Notes under the pieces: model-generated
What the model saw: the letters and a program-made list of their open reading frames with translations, nothing else
Databases searched by the model: none
Told to the model about the DNA's origin: nothing
Translations under genes and position numbers: made by a program
Assembly: GCA_963976765.1 (NCBI GenBank)
Contig: CAXBME010000001.1
Coordinates: 1-64,000 of the forward strand
Direction of reading: 5' to 3'
From: an uncultured Planctomycetaceae bacterium
Lineage (GTDB): Bacteria > Planctomycetota > Planctomycetia > Planctomycetales > Planctomycetaceae
Length of the DNA: 64,000 bases
Part shown: positions 39,615 through 49,212 of the stretch, piece by piece
How the letters are laid out: each line of letters opens with the position of its first letter
Numbering within the stretch: the stretch's first letter is position 1

Positions 39615-41054
39615 ATGACTGACAATCTGGCCTCAGTAGAACCCTGCAATTCTTTCAGCACACTGGAGCGTCAGCACGTAGAGACTCGTCCTGACCGTCC
39701 GACCGTTTTCGCTTCCATTCTGCTGGGTGGAGCCAGGACCGGTGCGTTGATCCACGAACTGCGTCGCATTAATGAGCTGGCCAATCGCGGCTACCGGTGT
39801 CATATCTTCTGGGCCTTCGAACGCAGTTACGACGTTAAAATTGACCCACGCATCAAGCAGCACTGGTTGTTCCATTGCGGACGATTTGCCGGGCCAATGC
39901 ACTATTTTGGCAACGTGATCGGTCGCACGATTGAAAACCGCTCGGGCAAGCTGATGTCCTGCATCGGTCGCTCCAGGGCGCAGGAAATGGTCCGACGATA
40001 CGCACCCGGACTCGTTCGTTACGAACTGAGTCGCACGGTTGCGGGAATCAGCCGAGGGCTTTCCCGAGACAAACCGTTGATCAGTGAGTTCACCCGGAAA
40101 CTGCAGCGTGCTGGCGTCACGCACGTGCTGCCAATGCTGGGGATTCTTGCGCCGTTCGCAAAAGCTGCACGGGACAACGGAGCCGACATCAAGTACGCCG
40201 TTACGCTGCAAGGGTACGAGCTGTACGTGAATCTCGGCGACGATGCCTACCGCCAGGCGGCTTTGAAGTGCATCCGGGACGCTATCCTTTCTTCTGATTA
40301 CGCTCCCGTCACTTTCACACGCTGGTACGCCGAGCGAATTGAACGTGAAGTTGGAATTCCCGCTGACGACTTTTCGCTGATCCATGCCGGAGTCCACACC
40401 GAGGGACCGATGGCCGCCGACAAAGCCTGGCAGCTCGTTCAAACAGAACTGTCGATTGACGCCGACATCCCGATCATCACGTATCTGGGGAGACAGGATT
40501 CGGAGAAAGGGATCGACCTTCTGCTTTATGCCGCTCGACTGTTGCGTCAACGCGGGCTCAAATTTCAGCTGGTGATCTGCGGCCCCGAGACATTCGGTAA
40601 TTACCGCAAGACGTGCGAGGACATTGCGGGGCACCTCGAAATTTCTGCCCTGTTTACGGGATTCGTCTCGTCGGAAGTCAGGCAGGCTGTCATGCAGTGC
40701 AGCCGTTGCGTGGTCTATCCATCGATCCACGGCGAACCGTTCGGCATGGTTCCCGTCGAAGCGATGGCGGTTGGGACTCCGGCTGTCGTCCCCGACGATG
40801 GCGGCGTCGCGGAACTCGTCCATCGAGGGGCACTGCAGGGCGGACTGAACTTCCGGTGCTGGGACTCGGGTGACCTTGCCACTCAGCTGGAAAAACTGTT
40901 GACCGACGAAGTACTCCACTCAGAGCTGGCAGGCAATGCCCGGGAAGTCGCGTCGCACTATTCAATCAGCAAGGAAGTCGACCGCACCCTTAATCACCTC
41001 GGCCTCCAGCCATCTGCGCCGCGTCCCGAATTGCAACCGCAGGGGGCGGCTTAA
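39615..41054 (+). CDS. Glycosyltransferase family 4 (GT-B)
   Basis: YLGRQDSEKGIDLL, PSIHGEPFGMVPVEAMAVGTP, GGVAE; start uncertain. Confidence 0.9.
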   Translation: MTDNLASVEPCNSFSTLERQHVETRPDRPTVFASILLGGARTGALIHELRRINELANRGYRCHIFWAFERSYDVKIDPRIKQHWLFHCGRFAGPMHYFGNVIGRTIENRSGKLMSCIGRSRAQEMVRRYAPGLVRYELSRTVAGISRGLSRDKPLISEFTRKLQRAGVTHVLPMLGILAPFAKAARDNGADIKYAVTLQGYELYVNLGDDAYRQAALKCIRDAILSSDYAPVTFTRWYAERIEREVGIPADDFSLIHAGVHTEGPMAADKAWQLVQTELSIDADIPIITYLGRQDSEKGIDLLLYAARLLRQRGLKFQLVICGPETFGNYRKTCEDIAGHLEISALFTGFVSSEVRQAVMQCSRCVVYPSIHGEPFGMVPVEAMAVGTPAVVPDDGGVAELVHRGALQGGLNFRCWDSGDLATQLEKLLTDEVLHSELAGNAREVASHYSISKEVDRTLNHLGLQPSAPRPELQPQGAA

Positions 41055-41102
41055 CAGATCATGAATCCGGGGCGAGCGAGCCAGGCCGTTTGCTTTGGCA
41101 AA

Positions 41103-41519
41103 TCAATTGGCCAGGAGTTTTCCCATACTGACCCGCTCTTCCGTCTGGTAACCGAGCGATTCGTAAAACGCCACGACGGCTGCATTGTCAGCACGTACCT
41201 GAAGGTTTAGCTTTGGACAGCCTCGTTGCGCAAGCACGTGCTCTGCATGACGGACCAGCTTCGTGCCAATGCCGCAACGTTGACGGTCCGATGAAACGGC
41301 CAACGAGTACAGCCACCCTCGATGTCCGTCGTACCCGGCGAGCACTGTCCCGACGATTGTGTCTCCATCCGCATCGACAAAGAACAGTCCATCTTTTGAA
41401 GCGACCTTACGATCAATCGACTCGCTCGGATCGTTGTGCCCGGTTGACCCCGGAAATATTTCATTCCAAAGCGCCACAACCTGGCCACGATCGGCCGACT
41501 CATAGTTGCGAATGGTCAT
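41103..41519 (-). CDS. GNAT acetyltransferase (YpeA-like)
   Basis: GYDGHRGWLYSLAV, QRCGIG, GCPKLNLQVRADN, FYESLGY. Confidence 0.93.
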   Translation of the reverse strand: MTIRNYESADRGQVVALWNEIFPGSTGHNDPSESIDRKVASKDGLFFVDADGDTIVGTVLAGYDGHRGWLYSLAVSSDRQRCGIGTKLVRHAEHVLAQRGCPKLNLQVRADNAAVVAFYESLGYQTEERVSMGKLLAN

Positions 41520-41575
41520 CCAGCCCTCAGCCCGTCTCAGGTATTCTGTAAAACGGCCACCATCAGTTAAGACAC

Positions 41576-41932
41576 TTACTTCCATTCATCCAGAGTCATG
41601 TACTCGATCTTTGACCATGGAATAACTTTGACGTAATTCCCGGTCCACGTGGGTTGCTTTGTCTTGTCGACGTACACGACAACGAATGACTCGAAGCACT
41701 CGACCTGGCAACCTCCAAATTTCTGGTGCGAAACGCGGGTTGGACTTTCCCGGACGTGCACGTCTCCAGAAACCGTGCCGACATGCAGAGGCTGATTCGA
41801 ACGCTCGTCCATCGAAATCATCGCGTGTAAGACTGCCGCGACGACGATGAATGTTCCGAGGAGACATACCGTGCGGACATCCCACGGTGGTCGTGAATCA
41901 GTTGTCGGTGTTGCCTCCGGTATCTCAGCCAC
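41576..41932 (-). CDS. Small hypothetical protein, one TM helix
   Basis: Fills the gap co-directionally with the GNAT gene; hydrophobic segment then beta-rich domain ending IPWSKIEY. Confidence 0.6.
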   Translation of the reverse strand: MAEIPEATPTTDSRPPWDVRTVCLLGTFIVVAAVLHAMISMDERSNQPLHVGTVSGDVHVRESPTRVSHQKFGGCQVECFESFVVVYVDKTKQPTWTGNYVKVIPWSKIEYMTLDEWK

Positions 41933-42270
41933 GATTCTACTCCCATCATGCGAAACCGGTTTCCTGACAAGAACCCGTCAACTCCGCAGGTTCATAGCAA
42001 GACAGTCTGATCCAGAGAAAATGCGCGTCAAGCCGTACTGCAATTCGAGCGGCAGTGGTGCCAGTTCAAGTTGCTCCCGCGCGGAAATTGATCTTTCTCT
42101 GAAACCGGCATCGGGCTAGAACCCCGCTGCTCGATGTTCTGTTGGGCACTCGAAACGGTCACTTCTCCATGAAAACGACAGTCCTCACCTGATTCACACC
42201 TTGCTGATCACACCTCTCGGCGTTCGATTCCCTTCTTTTCCAAACCCAAACACTTCAATCAGGTATCCGC

Positions 42271-43155
42271 TTGTCTGCGTCGGTGCACGTTCCCGTCATG
42301 TTGCGCGAGGTTTTGCAGGAGCTTGACCTCAAACCGGGGCTGACCGTCGTTGATGGAACCGTCGGAGCGGGCGGGCACAGTCAGAAGATTTCGGAGCAGA
42401 TTGGTGAAACGGGAATTCTGATCGGGCTGGATCGTGATTCGATGATGCTGAACTTTGCGGCGGAGCGAGTCTCTGGAGCGGGTCGGCACCTCATACAAAG
42501 CAGCTATTCGGAAATCAAAAACGTACTCAACGAACTGAGCATCGACACTGTCGATCGTATCCTGCTGGACCTGGGCCTTTCGTCCGACCAGTTGGCGGAT
42601 CGGCAGCGAGGATTTGGATACTCCGTCGACGCTCCACTTGATATGCGGTTTGACAATCGATCAGGAAAGTCCGTTGCGGAATACCTCGACAACGTCGACC
42701 AGACAGAGCTGACAGAGATACTCACAACGTACGGCGAAGAAAAATTCAGCGAAGCCATTGCTCAGAAAATTGTTGAGCGGCGGCGCAAACAACCTATTCG
42801 AACAACCAGAGATTTGACTGAAACTGTGGAGGAAGCCATCCCTGCCAGATTCCGGCAGCAGTCTCGGAAAGACCCGTCAACTCGAGTCTTTCAGGCATTG
42901 CGGATCGCTGTCAATCAGGAGTTGGCACTTCTCGAACAGGCTCTGCAGACGGAGCTTTACGAGGCGCTGGCTCCAGGTGGCAGGTTATCGGTCATTACGT
43001 TTCACTCGTTGGAAGACAGGCTCGTCAAGAACGCGTTTCGTGATGACAACCGGTGGAAAGTGCTGGCGAAAAAGCCGACGGCACCGACTCCGGCTGAGGT
43101 TCGCATGAACCCCAGATCGCGCAGCGCCAAACTTCGAACGGCGGCAAAGCTATGA
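42271..43155 (+). CDS. rsmH: 16S rRNA m4C1402 methyltransferase RsmH (MraW)
   Basis: HVPVMLREV, DGTVGAGGHS, DLGLSSDQL, PLDMR, FQALRIAVN, FHSLEDR, NPRSRSAKLR. Confidence 0.98.
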   Translation: MSASVHVPVMLREVLQELDLKPGLTVVDGTVGAGGHSQKISEQIGETGILIGLDRDSMMLNFAAERVSGAGRHLIQSSYSEIKNVLNELSIDTVDRILLDLGLSSDQLADRQRGFGYSVDAPLDMRFDNRSGKSVAEYLDNVDQTELTEILTTYGEEKFSEAIAQKIVERRRKQPIRTTRDLTETVEEAIPARFRQQSRKDPSTRVFQALRIAVNQELALLEQALQTELYEALAPGGRLSVITFHSLEDRLVKNAFRDDNRWKVLAKKPTAPTPAEVRMNPRSRSAKLRTAAKL

Positions 43156-45542
43156 CAGACAAATACGAAAACGAAGACGAAGAATACGACGACGAAGAAG
43201 CAACTTCGGAATCGGAAGAGGAATACGAGGACGAAGCCGAGGATGCAGAAGCCTCGGACGAGTCTGAGGAAGTCTCTGAAGGCGAAGAGTCCGTCGAGTC
43301 GTGGGGCTATGAAGAGAAGAAGTCTCGCTTCAGCAAAGAAATGCTGGCTGGCTTCGCCGCGATCGGTGTGCTCGTCGCAATCTTCGGCATCGTCGTCTAC
43401 AAAAAGATGCCGGGTTCTGGTGACTCGAATGAAGTCGCTGTAGCTCCGGATGCCAGTCTGGGTAACCCGGAATCAAGCCTCGGAACACCGGAAGATTCAG
43501 GGACTTCGCCCGAAGATGATCTGAACGATCCGTTTCGCGCCGGTGCTGAAAACGGGATCGCGGCAAGTAACCCTGGCTCGCAGTTTGAACCCGGCGGCGC
43601 TGAAGCGTCGAATACTGCACCGGGGGGCGGCGAGTTCGTCGCTTTGAGTCCGGCCAACGATGGCTCGACAACATTCGAGCCAGGTGGCATGTTGTCGTCG
43701 ACTGTAGCTCGGTCTCCGAGTGAAGGCTCCAGTGGACAGGGCATCTCATCCGACCCATTCGGCAGTGGAGGGACGCTCGGCAATGACGAACCATTCGCCA
43801 GTAACGCTGCAACGACCGATCTGTTTTCCGGGCAGTCGGAACCCGGACTCGGCTCGAACGAAGAACCACCATTTGGCGGCTCGACGGTTGGCACGTCGAC
43901 GGCCACTGACGCATTCGGTCAACCTCTGGCGAGCAACGAATTCAGCTCAGGCCAGCCCGACTCGACGAAGGTTTTTCCTGGCAGTGGACGAAACGATTTT
44001 GCGGACTCAACGCGTCGCGACCCGTTTGGCGGGCCGGACCTGGCGGGCAGTCCATCAACTGATTCAGGCTCAACAGTGTTTGGCACAAACGAAGGAAACG
44101 GCAGCGGTCCATTCTCGCAGGATAAACAGGTCGCGAAGAACGAGCCGAACATCGATCGTTCTCTCAATAGTAGTTTGTCTGGAAATTCTGGCTCAGCGTT
44201 TCCGTCGGAAACTTCGGGCAACGCAAGTGAGTTCAGTTCGTCGACCGGCAGCGAGCCGTTCGGCACGACAGTCGACAACTCTGGTTCCTTGACGAACGAC
44301 TCTTTGACGACCGCCCCATTTGGCTCCAGCGTCGAAAGCGTAAGTTCACAACCGACTGGACTGTTTGATCGAGGGCCGGAAACGTCGCTCAGCGGCGGCG
44401 GCTTGAACGAGCCATCGCCGACAGATTTGTCGGCCAGTTCAGGTTTTGGCAATGACACGCTGCCCGACAATGAACTTGGTACCCCTCAGCCATCGACGGC
44501 GGAGAGCGAGTTCGGCTCACTGAACAGTGGCTCCGCAATAGATTCATCGGCCCCGTTCGGTAGTGGTGAGCCTTTTGGAACTTCCAGCAACGAGTTGGCC
44601 GAGAGTCCTCTCGGAAACTCAGGTACGACTTCGCCGTCGATGAGCAATGACCCATTTGGAAGCCCAGCCAGCACGGCGTCGAATGATCTCTTCCCTGATT
44701 CAACCAGTCGTCCTTCATCGGGCCTTCCTTCAACAGGCTTCGATTCTGGAAATGAGTTGGAATCCGAATCGAGCGAGCCGGTGGACCTCTTTCCGGATAC
44801 GAATTCGCTGCCGCTCGATACAGCTTCCAGCGACCCGTTTCAGCCACCGTTGACGTCGTCGCCCGCCAGCAGTTCTCCGGGGGCATCGTCCTCGATTTCG
44901 AGTGATCCTTCTGGTAACCAGCCGCTACGTTCGGGAAGCTCAACCCGCAATCAAACATTCGCCAGCGAGCCAGCCAACTCGGGCACTTATACCGTGCAGG
45001 AAGGTGACTCTTACTGGAACATCTCGAAGAAGGTCTACGGGACGGCGAAGTACTTCCAGGTGCTCGCCGACCATAACCGAAAGACCATTGCCGACCCGGA
45101 GAAGATGAAAACGGGAGCTGTCATTCAGACTCCTGACGCTGCGGTTCTGCAGGCACGCCTGAAGACGGTGCCGCGTCCGTCACCGACCGCGTTGTCTGGT
45201 CGCATCGAGACTTCCGGTCGAGCAGACCGTTCTGGTTCTGCGGGATCGGCAAGCTCGGCCAGCGAGTCTGTCGTCGTCAGCCGTCGCGAAACAAAGTCGA
45301 GCGAGCCGTCGGGCATCCTGTTTAACGAGCAGGGTTACCCAATGTTCAAAATCGGAGAAACCGACACTCTGACGTCGATCGCGTCAGATCATTTGGGGCG
45401 AGCGTCGCGCTGGCAGCAGATTTACAACATGAACCGAGATCAGTTGCAAAGCCCGGACAAGCTGCAAATCGGCATGCTCCTCAAACTTCCTGCCGACGCC
45501 AGCCGCGTCCCACTGATCGACCGGACATCGTCGCTCCGATAA
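43152..45542 (+). CDS. Bitopic protein: acidic N-tail, TM helix, about 520-aa Phe-punctuated S/G/P/D region, two LysM domains
   Basis: ATGA overlap with rsmH; YTVQEGDSYWNISKKVYG and FKIGETDTLTSIA..LG...W..IY..N...L.IG..LKLP LysM patterns. Confidence 0.9.
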   Translation: MTDKYENEDEEYDDEEATSESEEEYEDEAEDAEASDESEEVSEGEESVESWGYEEKKSRFSKEMLAGFAAIGVLVAIFGIVVYKKMPGSGDSNEVAVAPDASLGNPESSLGTPEDSGTSPEDDLNDPFRAGAENGIAASNPGSQFEPGGAEASNTAPGGGEFVALSPANDGSTTFEPGGMLSSTVARSPSEGSSGQGISSDPFGSGGTLGNDEPFASNAATTDLFSGQSEPGLGSNEEPPFGGSTVGTSTATDAFGQPLASNEFSSGQPDSTKVFPGSGRNDFADSTRRDPFGGPDLAGSPSTDSGSTVFGTNEGNGSGPFSQDKQVAKNEPNIDRSLNSSLSGNSGSAFPSETSGNASEFSSSTGSEPFGTTVDNSGSLTNDSLTTAPFGSSVESVSSQPTGLFDRGPETSLSGGGLNEPSPTDLSASSGFGNDTLPDNELGTPQPSTAESEFGSLNSGSAIDSSAPFGSGEPFGTSSNELAESPLGNSGTTSPSMSNDPFGSPASTASNDLFPDSTSRPSSGLPSTGFDSGNELESESSEPVDLFPDTNSLPLDTASSDPFQPPLTSSPASSSPGASSSISSDPSGNQPLRSGSSTRNQTFASEPANSGTYTVQEGDSYWNISKKVYGTAKYFQVLADHNRKTIADPEKMKTGAVIQTPDAAVLQARLKTVPRPSPTALSGRIETSGRADRSGSAGSASSASESVVVSRRETKSSEPSGILFNEQGYPMFKIGETDTLTSIASDHLGRASRWQQIYNMNRDQLQSPDKLQIGMLLKLPADASRVPLIDRTSSLR

Positions 45543-45607
45543 CAGAAACACTGTCCCATTCTTCGCTTAGAACGAGTCCTGCGAAAACACTCGCAAAGTT
45601 CGTACTC

Positions 45608-45678
45608 GTACGATGCGTCTTGACGACGCACCGCCAGAGGAAATAGCAAAGAACCTGGTGCGTCGAGACGCACCCTAT
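45608..45678. repeat. Inverted REP pair (GGTGCGTC..GACGCACC)
   Basis: gtacgatgcgtcttgacgacgcacc ... ggtgcgtcgagacgcaccctat. Confidence 0.7.
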
Positions 45679-45780
45679 GGGAAAAGTCAGTGTTTCACCG
45701 TCGCTCGATCGAGCCGTTTGGCAAAAAAACTAATGCCCGCGCCAACGCCTGATCGCAACGACAAAGTTTCGGCCTGAGTC

Positions 45781-46260
45781 ATGTTCTTCCGATTCGGAAG
45801 TGCGCTCATTCTTGTCGTGGTGACGTCGCTGCTTGGCATCTTTGTCGAGAAGCAGAATCTGACGCTGCGCCGCGAGATCAGCCGTCAGCATTACCGCATG
45901 GATGTTCTGCAGGAAGAACATGCTCGTCTGCGGCTGCGTTCTCAACAGCTGGCCGCCGTCGAACGATTGTTCGCCACGATCGAAGATGAAGAGTCCGGGC
46001 TCATTCCCGCATTGCCGGGCTCGAACACTTTTCTGCCCGATTCGGAAGCTGCATCGGAAACGGCATCACATGCCGAGTCCTCAAGTGAGGAGCGTTTCTC
46101 GAACGGCGCGTTTAACGATGGTTCCAGCGACCAGCTTGACCCGACTTCCGACCACCGTCCTGTCAAGTCCGACGCGTCTGACCTGACGACACGCCGAGTC
46201 CCGCTGCTCTTCTGGCAGAAGCCGGTCGGTGACCCGCGGCTCCAACGAGGTTCGAAATGA
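45781..46260 (+). CDS. FtsL-like bitopic coiled-coil protein
   Basis: N-terminal TM, heptad coil, EEHARLRLRSQQLAAVERL; ATGA overlap with ftsI. Confidence 0.65.
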   Translation: MFFRFGSALILVVVTSLLGIFVEKQNLTLRREISRQHYRMDVLQEEHARLRLRSQQLAAVERLFATIEDEESGLIPALPGSNTFLPDSEAASETASHAESSSEERFSNGAFNDGSSDQLDPTSDHRPVKSDASDLTTRRVPLLFWQKPVGDPRLQRGSK

Positions 46261-48029
46261 CCTCACGATCCGGCACAACAAGCAACCGCGGTCGAGTTCG
46301 ATTCGTGTCGACCTTGATGATCGGTCTGTGGGTAATCGTGGTCGGGCGGCTGTTCATCGTGCAGTGGGAGCAGGCCGACGAACTTGCAAACTACGCCACC
46401 AGACAACAGCTTACTGAAGTATCGGTCTCCGCTCGACCGGCCGATATTGTCGATCGCAGCGGACGACTACTCGCCACGACGATCGTTTCGCAAAGCCTGT
46501 TCGTCAATCCGCAACGCCTTGACGTCAGTGATGAATTCATTGCCGACCTGGCGAATTCGCTTTCGATCAACTCAGCGAGTCTCGGGGATCGGATTAAAGA
46601 ACATGCTGACAAACAGTTTCTCTGGGTGAAGCGGAGAGTCAGTGACGACGAAGTGGCTGCCGTTCAGCAGTTGGAATGGCCGGACAGTGCGTACGGATTC
46701 CGAGACGAATTTCTTCGACAGTATCCTCAGGGGCACGTCGCTTCGCACGTGCTCGGCTATCGAAACATCGACGGAGCCGGGCAGGGGGGCGTCGAGCAGA
46801 GCCTTAACTACCTGATCGAAGGCATCCCCGGAAAACGCAGGCTGGTTCGCGACGCGCTGGGACGTATCGTCGAAGTTTCCTTCGACCCTGACAGCGAACC
46901 GAAACGCTTCGACGCTGTGCAACTGACGCTCGATCTGACCGTCCAGATGTTCGCGGAAAAAGCACTCGACGAGATCGTCGACGAATGGAAGCCGACCGGT
47001 GCCTGCGCGATCGTCATGGAACCGAAAAGCGGCGACGTGCTGGCAATGGCTTCCCGACCAACGTACTCGTTGAGTGATATGTCGCACGTGCCGAGCAACG
47101 CCTGGCGCAACCAGGCCATCAGCATCGTTTACGAACCGGGCTCCACCTTCAAGCCGTTCATCGTCGCCGAAGCCTTGCAGAAAAACGTGATCAAACGAGA
47201 CGAGATGTTTGATTGCGAAAACGGCGAATACAGGATGGGACCGCGCTTGCTGCACGACCACCATCGCTACGGCAAACTGTCTGTCACCGACGTGCTGGTT
47301 AAGTCGAGCAACATCGGCATGGCGAAGATTGGCGAACGTCTGAGGAATCGAGGTCTTTACGACGCGACGATCAAATTCGGTTTCGGCCGTCCGACCGGGA
47401 TTGATTTGCCGGGCGAGTTGTCCGGCATCCTGCGGCCGCTGAAAGAATGGAATGGTTATTCGACAGGCTCAATTCCGATGGGACACGAACTGGCCGTCAC
47501 GCCGCTGCAACTGATCACCGCCCAGGCAGCACTCGCCAACGGCGGACGACTGATCACTCCGCGAATTCTCAAAGGCGTGCAGGGCGAACGCTCAGACTCC
47601 GCACGAGCGTTTCAGGTTTCGCTCGAAGACCCATCACTGGCGGAACCGGCCACGATTATTCGTCCGACTGTTTCGAGTGAGGTCGCTCGATGGGTCATCG
47701 AAGAACCAATGACCCAGGTTGTCTCGCGCGGCACGGGATCGCGAGCGAAGATTCCGGGCTATTCGGTTTTTGGGAAAACCGGGACGGCCCAAAAGATGGA
47801 CCCGAAAACCGGCAGCTACTCTGAAACCCTTCACTGCAGCTCTTTCATCTGTGGAGCACCGGCACACAACCCGCGAGTTATCGTGCTGGTCGTCGTCGAC
47901 GAGCCTCAGTCTGGCTCGACGCACTACGGAGGCACCATCGCCGCTCCCGCTGCCGCAAAGATCCTGAGCCGATCGCTGATGTACCTGCGAGTGCCGCCGG
48001 ATCAGGAAACCCGCACGGCCGCTCGGTAA
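46257..48029 (+). CDS. ftsI: Class B penicillin-binding protein (FtsI/PBP3-like)
   Basis: R..IVDRSG, RQYPQG, GVE, EPGSTFK (SxxK), SSN, GKTGTAQK. Confidence 0.92.
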   Translation: MTSRSGTTSNRGRVRFVSTLMIGLWVIVVGRLFIVQWEQADELANYATRQQLTEVSVSARPADIVDRSGRLLATTIVSQSLFVNPQRLDVSDEFIADLANSLSINSASLGDRIKEHADKQFLWVKRRVSDDEVAAVQQLEWPDSAYGFRDEFLRQYPQGHVASHVLGYRNIDGAGQGGVEQSLNYLIEGIPGKRRLVRDALGRIVEVSFDPDSEPKRFDAVQLTLDLTVQMFAEKALDEIVDEWKPTGACAIVMEPKSGDVLAMASRPTYSLSDMSHVPSNAWRNQAISIVYEPGSTFKPFIVAEALQKNVIKRDEMFDCENGEYRMGPRLLHDHHRYGKLSVTDVLVKSSNIGMAKIGERLRNRGLYDATIKFGFGRPTGIDLPGELSGILRPLKEWNGYSTGSIPMGHELAVTPLQLITAQAALANGGRLITPRILKGVQGERSDSARAFQVSLEDPSLAEPATIIRPTVSSEVARWVIEEPMTQVVSRGTGSRAKIPGYSVFGKTGTAQKMDPKTGSYSETLHCSSFICGAPAHNPRVIVLVVVDEPQSGSTHYGGTIAAPAAAKILSRSLMYLRVPPDQETRTAAR

Positions 48030-48242
48030 ATGGCTGCTGGTTCGGCACGACCGGACTGCTGTCGCCGGTAACGTTGCCTCAACGCAACAGGTCCCTCGGC
48101 ACGTTGCCGTCCGGCATCATGATTTCTGATATTGCTGGCAGAGCCTCAGGTCGATGAAAACATTTCGTCGCGATTGTAACTGACGCTGGCTCAACAGGTT
48201 ACAGTCAGGGTTTCCTGCGCACCTTCGACGAACCGTAAAGTT

Positions 48243-48258
48243 TGGCATTCAGTCTGCT
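48243..48258 (+). promoter_or_regulatory. sigma54-type -24/-12 promoter
   Basis: TGGCATTCAGTCTGCT with exact GG-N10-GC spacing, about 68 nt before ATG 48326. Confidence 0.55.
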
Positions 48259-48325
48259 TTACGGTCTGCTGTCTCGATCACCGAGACCGGAGCTACCAGC
48301 TCTGCAAACCATCGAAGGAAACGCC

Positions 48326-48598
48326 ATGTTGATTCTCGCCACGAAACTTCTGAATGATGAAGCCGGCTTTCTGCTTTCCGCCGAGCTGATTCTGATTTCG
48401 ACGGTGCTGGTTCTGGGCATGGTGGTGGGGCTTTCAGAAGTTTCGCATGCCATCAACAACGAACTGTTCGACGTGGCGACCGCCTTCGACAACGTCAACC
48501 AGAGCTACCGCTACGACGGCATGTTTGACGATCACGGCAGCTCACATGGCAGCCGTTACGGCGACTACAGCTACGACATCAGTTGCCGTGGGTATTAA
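48326..48598 (+). CDS. Flp/type IVb pilin-like protein
   Basis: AAGGA SD; short leader ending DEAG, then FLLSAE, hydrophobic helix, INNELFDVA. Confidence 0.75.
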   Translation: MLILATKLLNDEAGFLLSAELILISTVLVLGMVVGLSEVSHAINNELFDVATAFDNVNQSYRYDGMFDDHGSSHGSRYGDYSYDISCRGY

Positions 48599-48700
48599 AC
48601 GCCAGGTGGACTGATCAACAATCGGAAACGCTGCCACCGTCTCAAGTGAGATCGGTCGTTGCGTGCTCAGCGGGCCATTTTCTGTTTCTGGAGCATCGGC

Positions 48701-49042
48701 ATGATGCGGAGTCTCTTTTCACTACTCTGGACGGACCAGGTCGGTTCGACGCTGTCAGCCGAAATGGCACTGGTGACTTCGGTCACGGTTGGTGCCCTGT
48801 TCATGGGCATGGCCGACTTCAGTGCGACGGTGAATCGCGAGTTCCAGAGCTCAGCTCGTGAAGTCGGCCTGGCCGGAATCGAAGCTTCCGCTCAGGAAGA
48901 GGAACGAGAAGACGACGTTGTCAGCAGGAAGAAATCAGAAGTTGAAAAGACCGAAGAAGAAAAAGCAGAAGACGAGATGAAACGGAATCAGTGGCGGTTC
49001 CGCCGAGCTGAAGACCGCGAAACACCGGGAAATCGTGACTGA
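48701..49042 (+). CDS. Second Flp-like pilin paralog with charged tail
   Basis: GGAG SD; LWTDQVG-STLSAE, hydrophobic helix, VNREF. Confidence 0.65.
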   Translation: MMRSLFSLLWTDQVGSTLSAEMALVTSVTVGALFMGMADFSATVNREFQSSAREVGLAGIEASAQEEEREDDVVSRKKSEVEKTEEEKAEDEMKRNQWRFRRAEDRETPGNRD

Positions 49043-49212
49043 AAACGGCATCGAAGAAACTCGCCGGAAGTTTGTTTCCCACTCTGACGCTGCCTGTTGG
49101 ACATTCGCCGCTCCGCCCACAATACTTCGCCGCTCACACGCCGACGGACACACTTTTGTGACGTCGGCGTTGTCGTTTCCCACACCTGTTCTGGCGAAGC
49201 TGCGATCGCGAT

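Noticed and set aside
42184..42216. Repeated TCAC(AC)CT upstream of rsmH as possible MraZ boxes
   Set aside because: Irregular spacing, poor match and wrong orientation to GTGGG boxes, and mraZ is absent here
42200..42242. GTTCGATTCCC T-loop-like motif upstream of rsmH
   Set aside because: The T-stem does not pair and no cloverleaf or acceptor stem can be built, so it is not a tRNA
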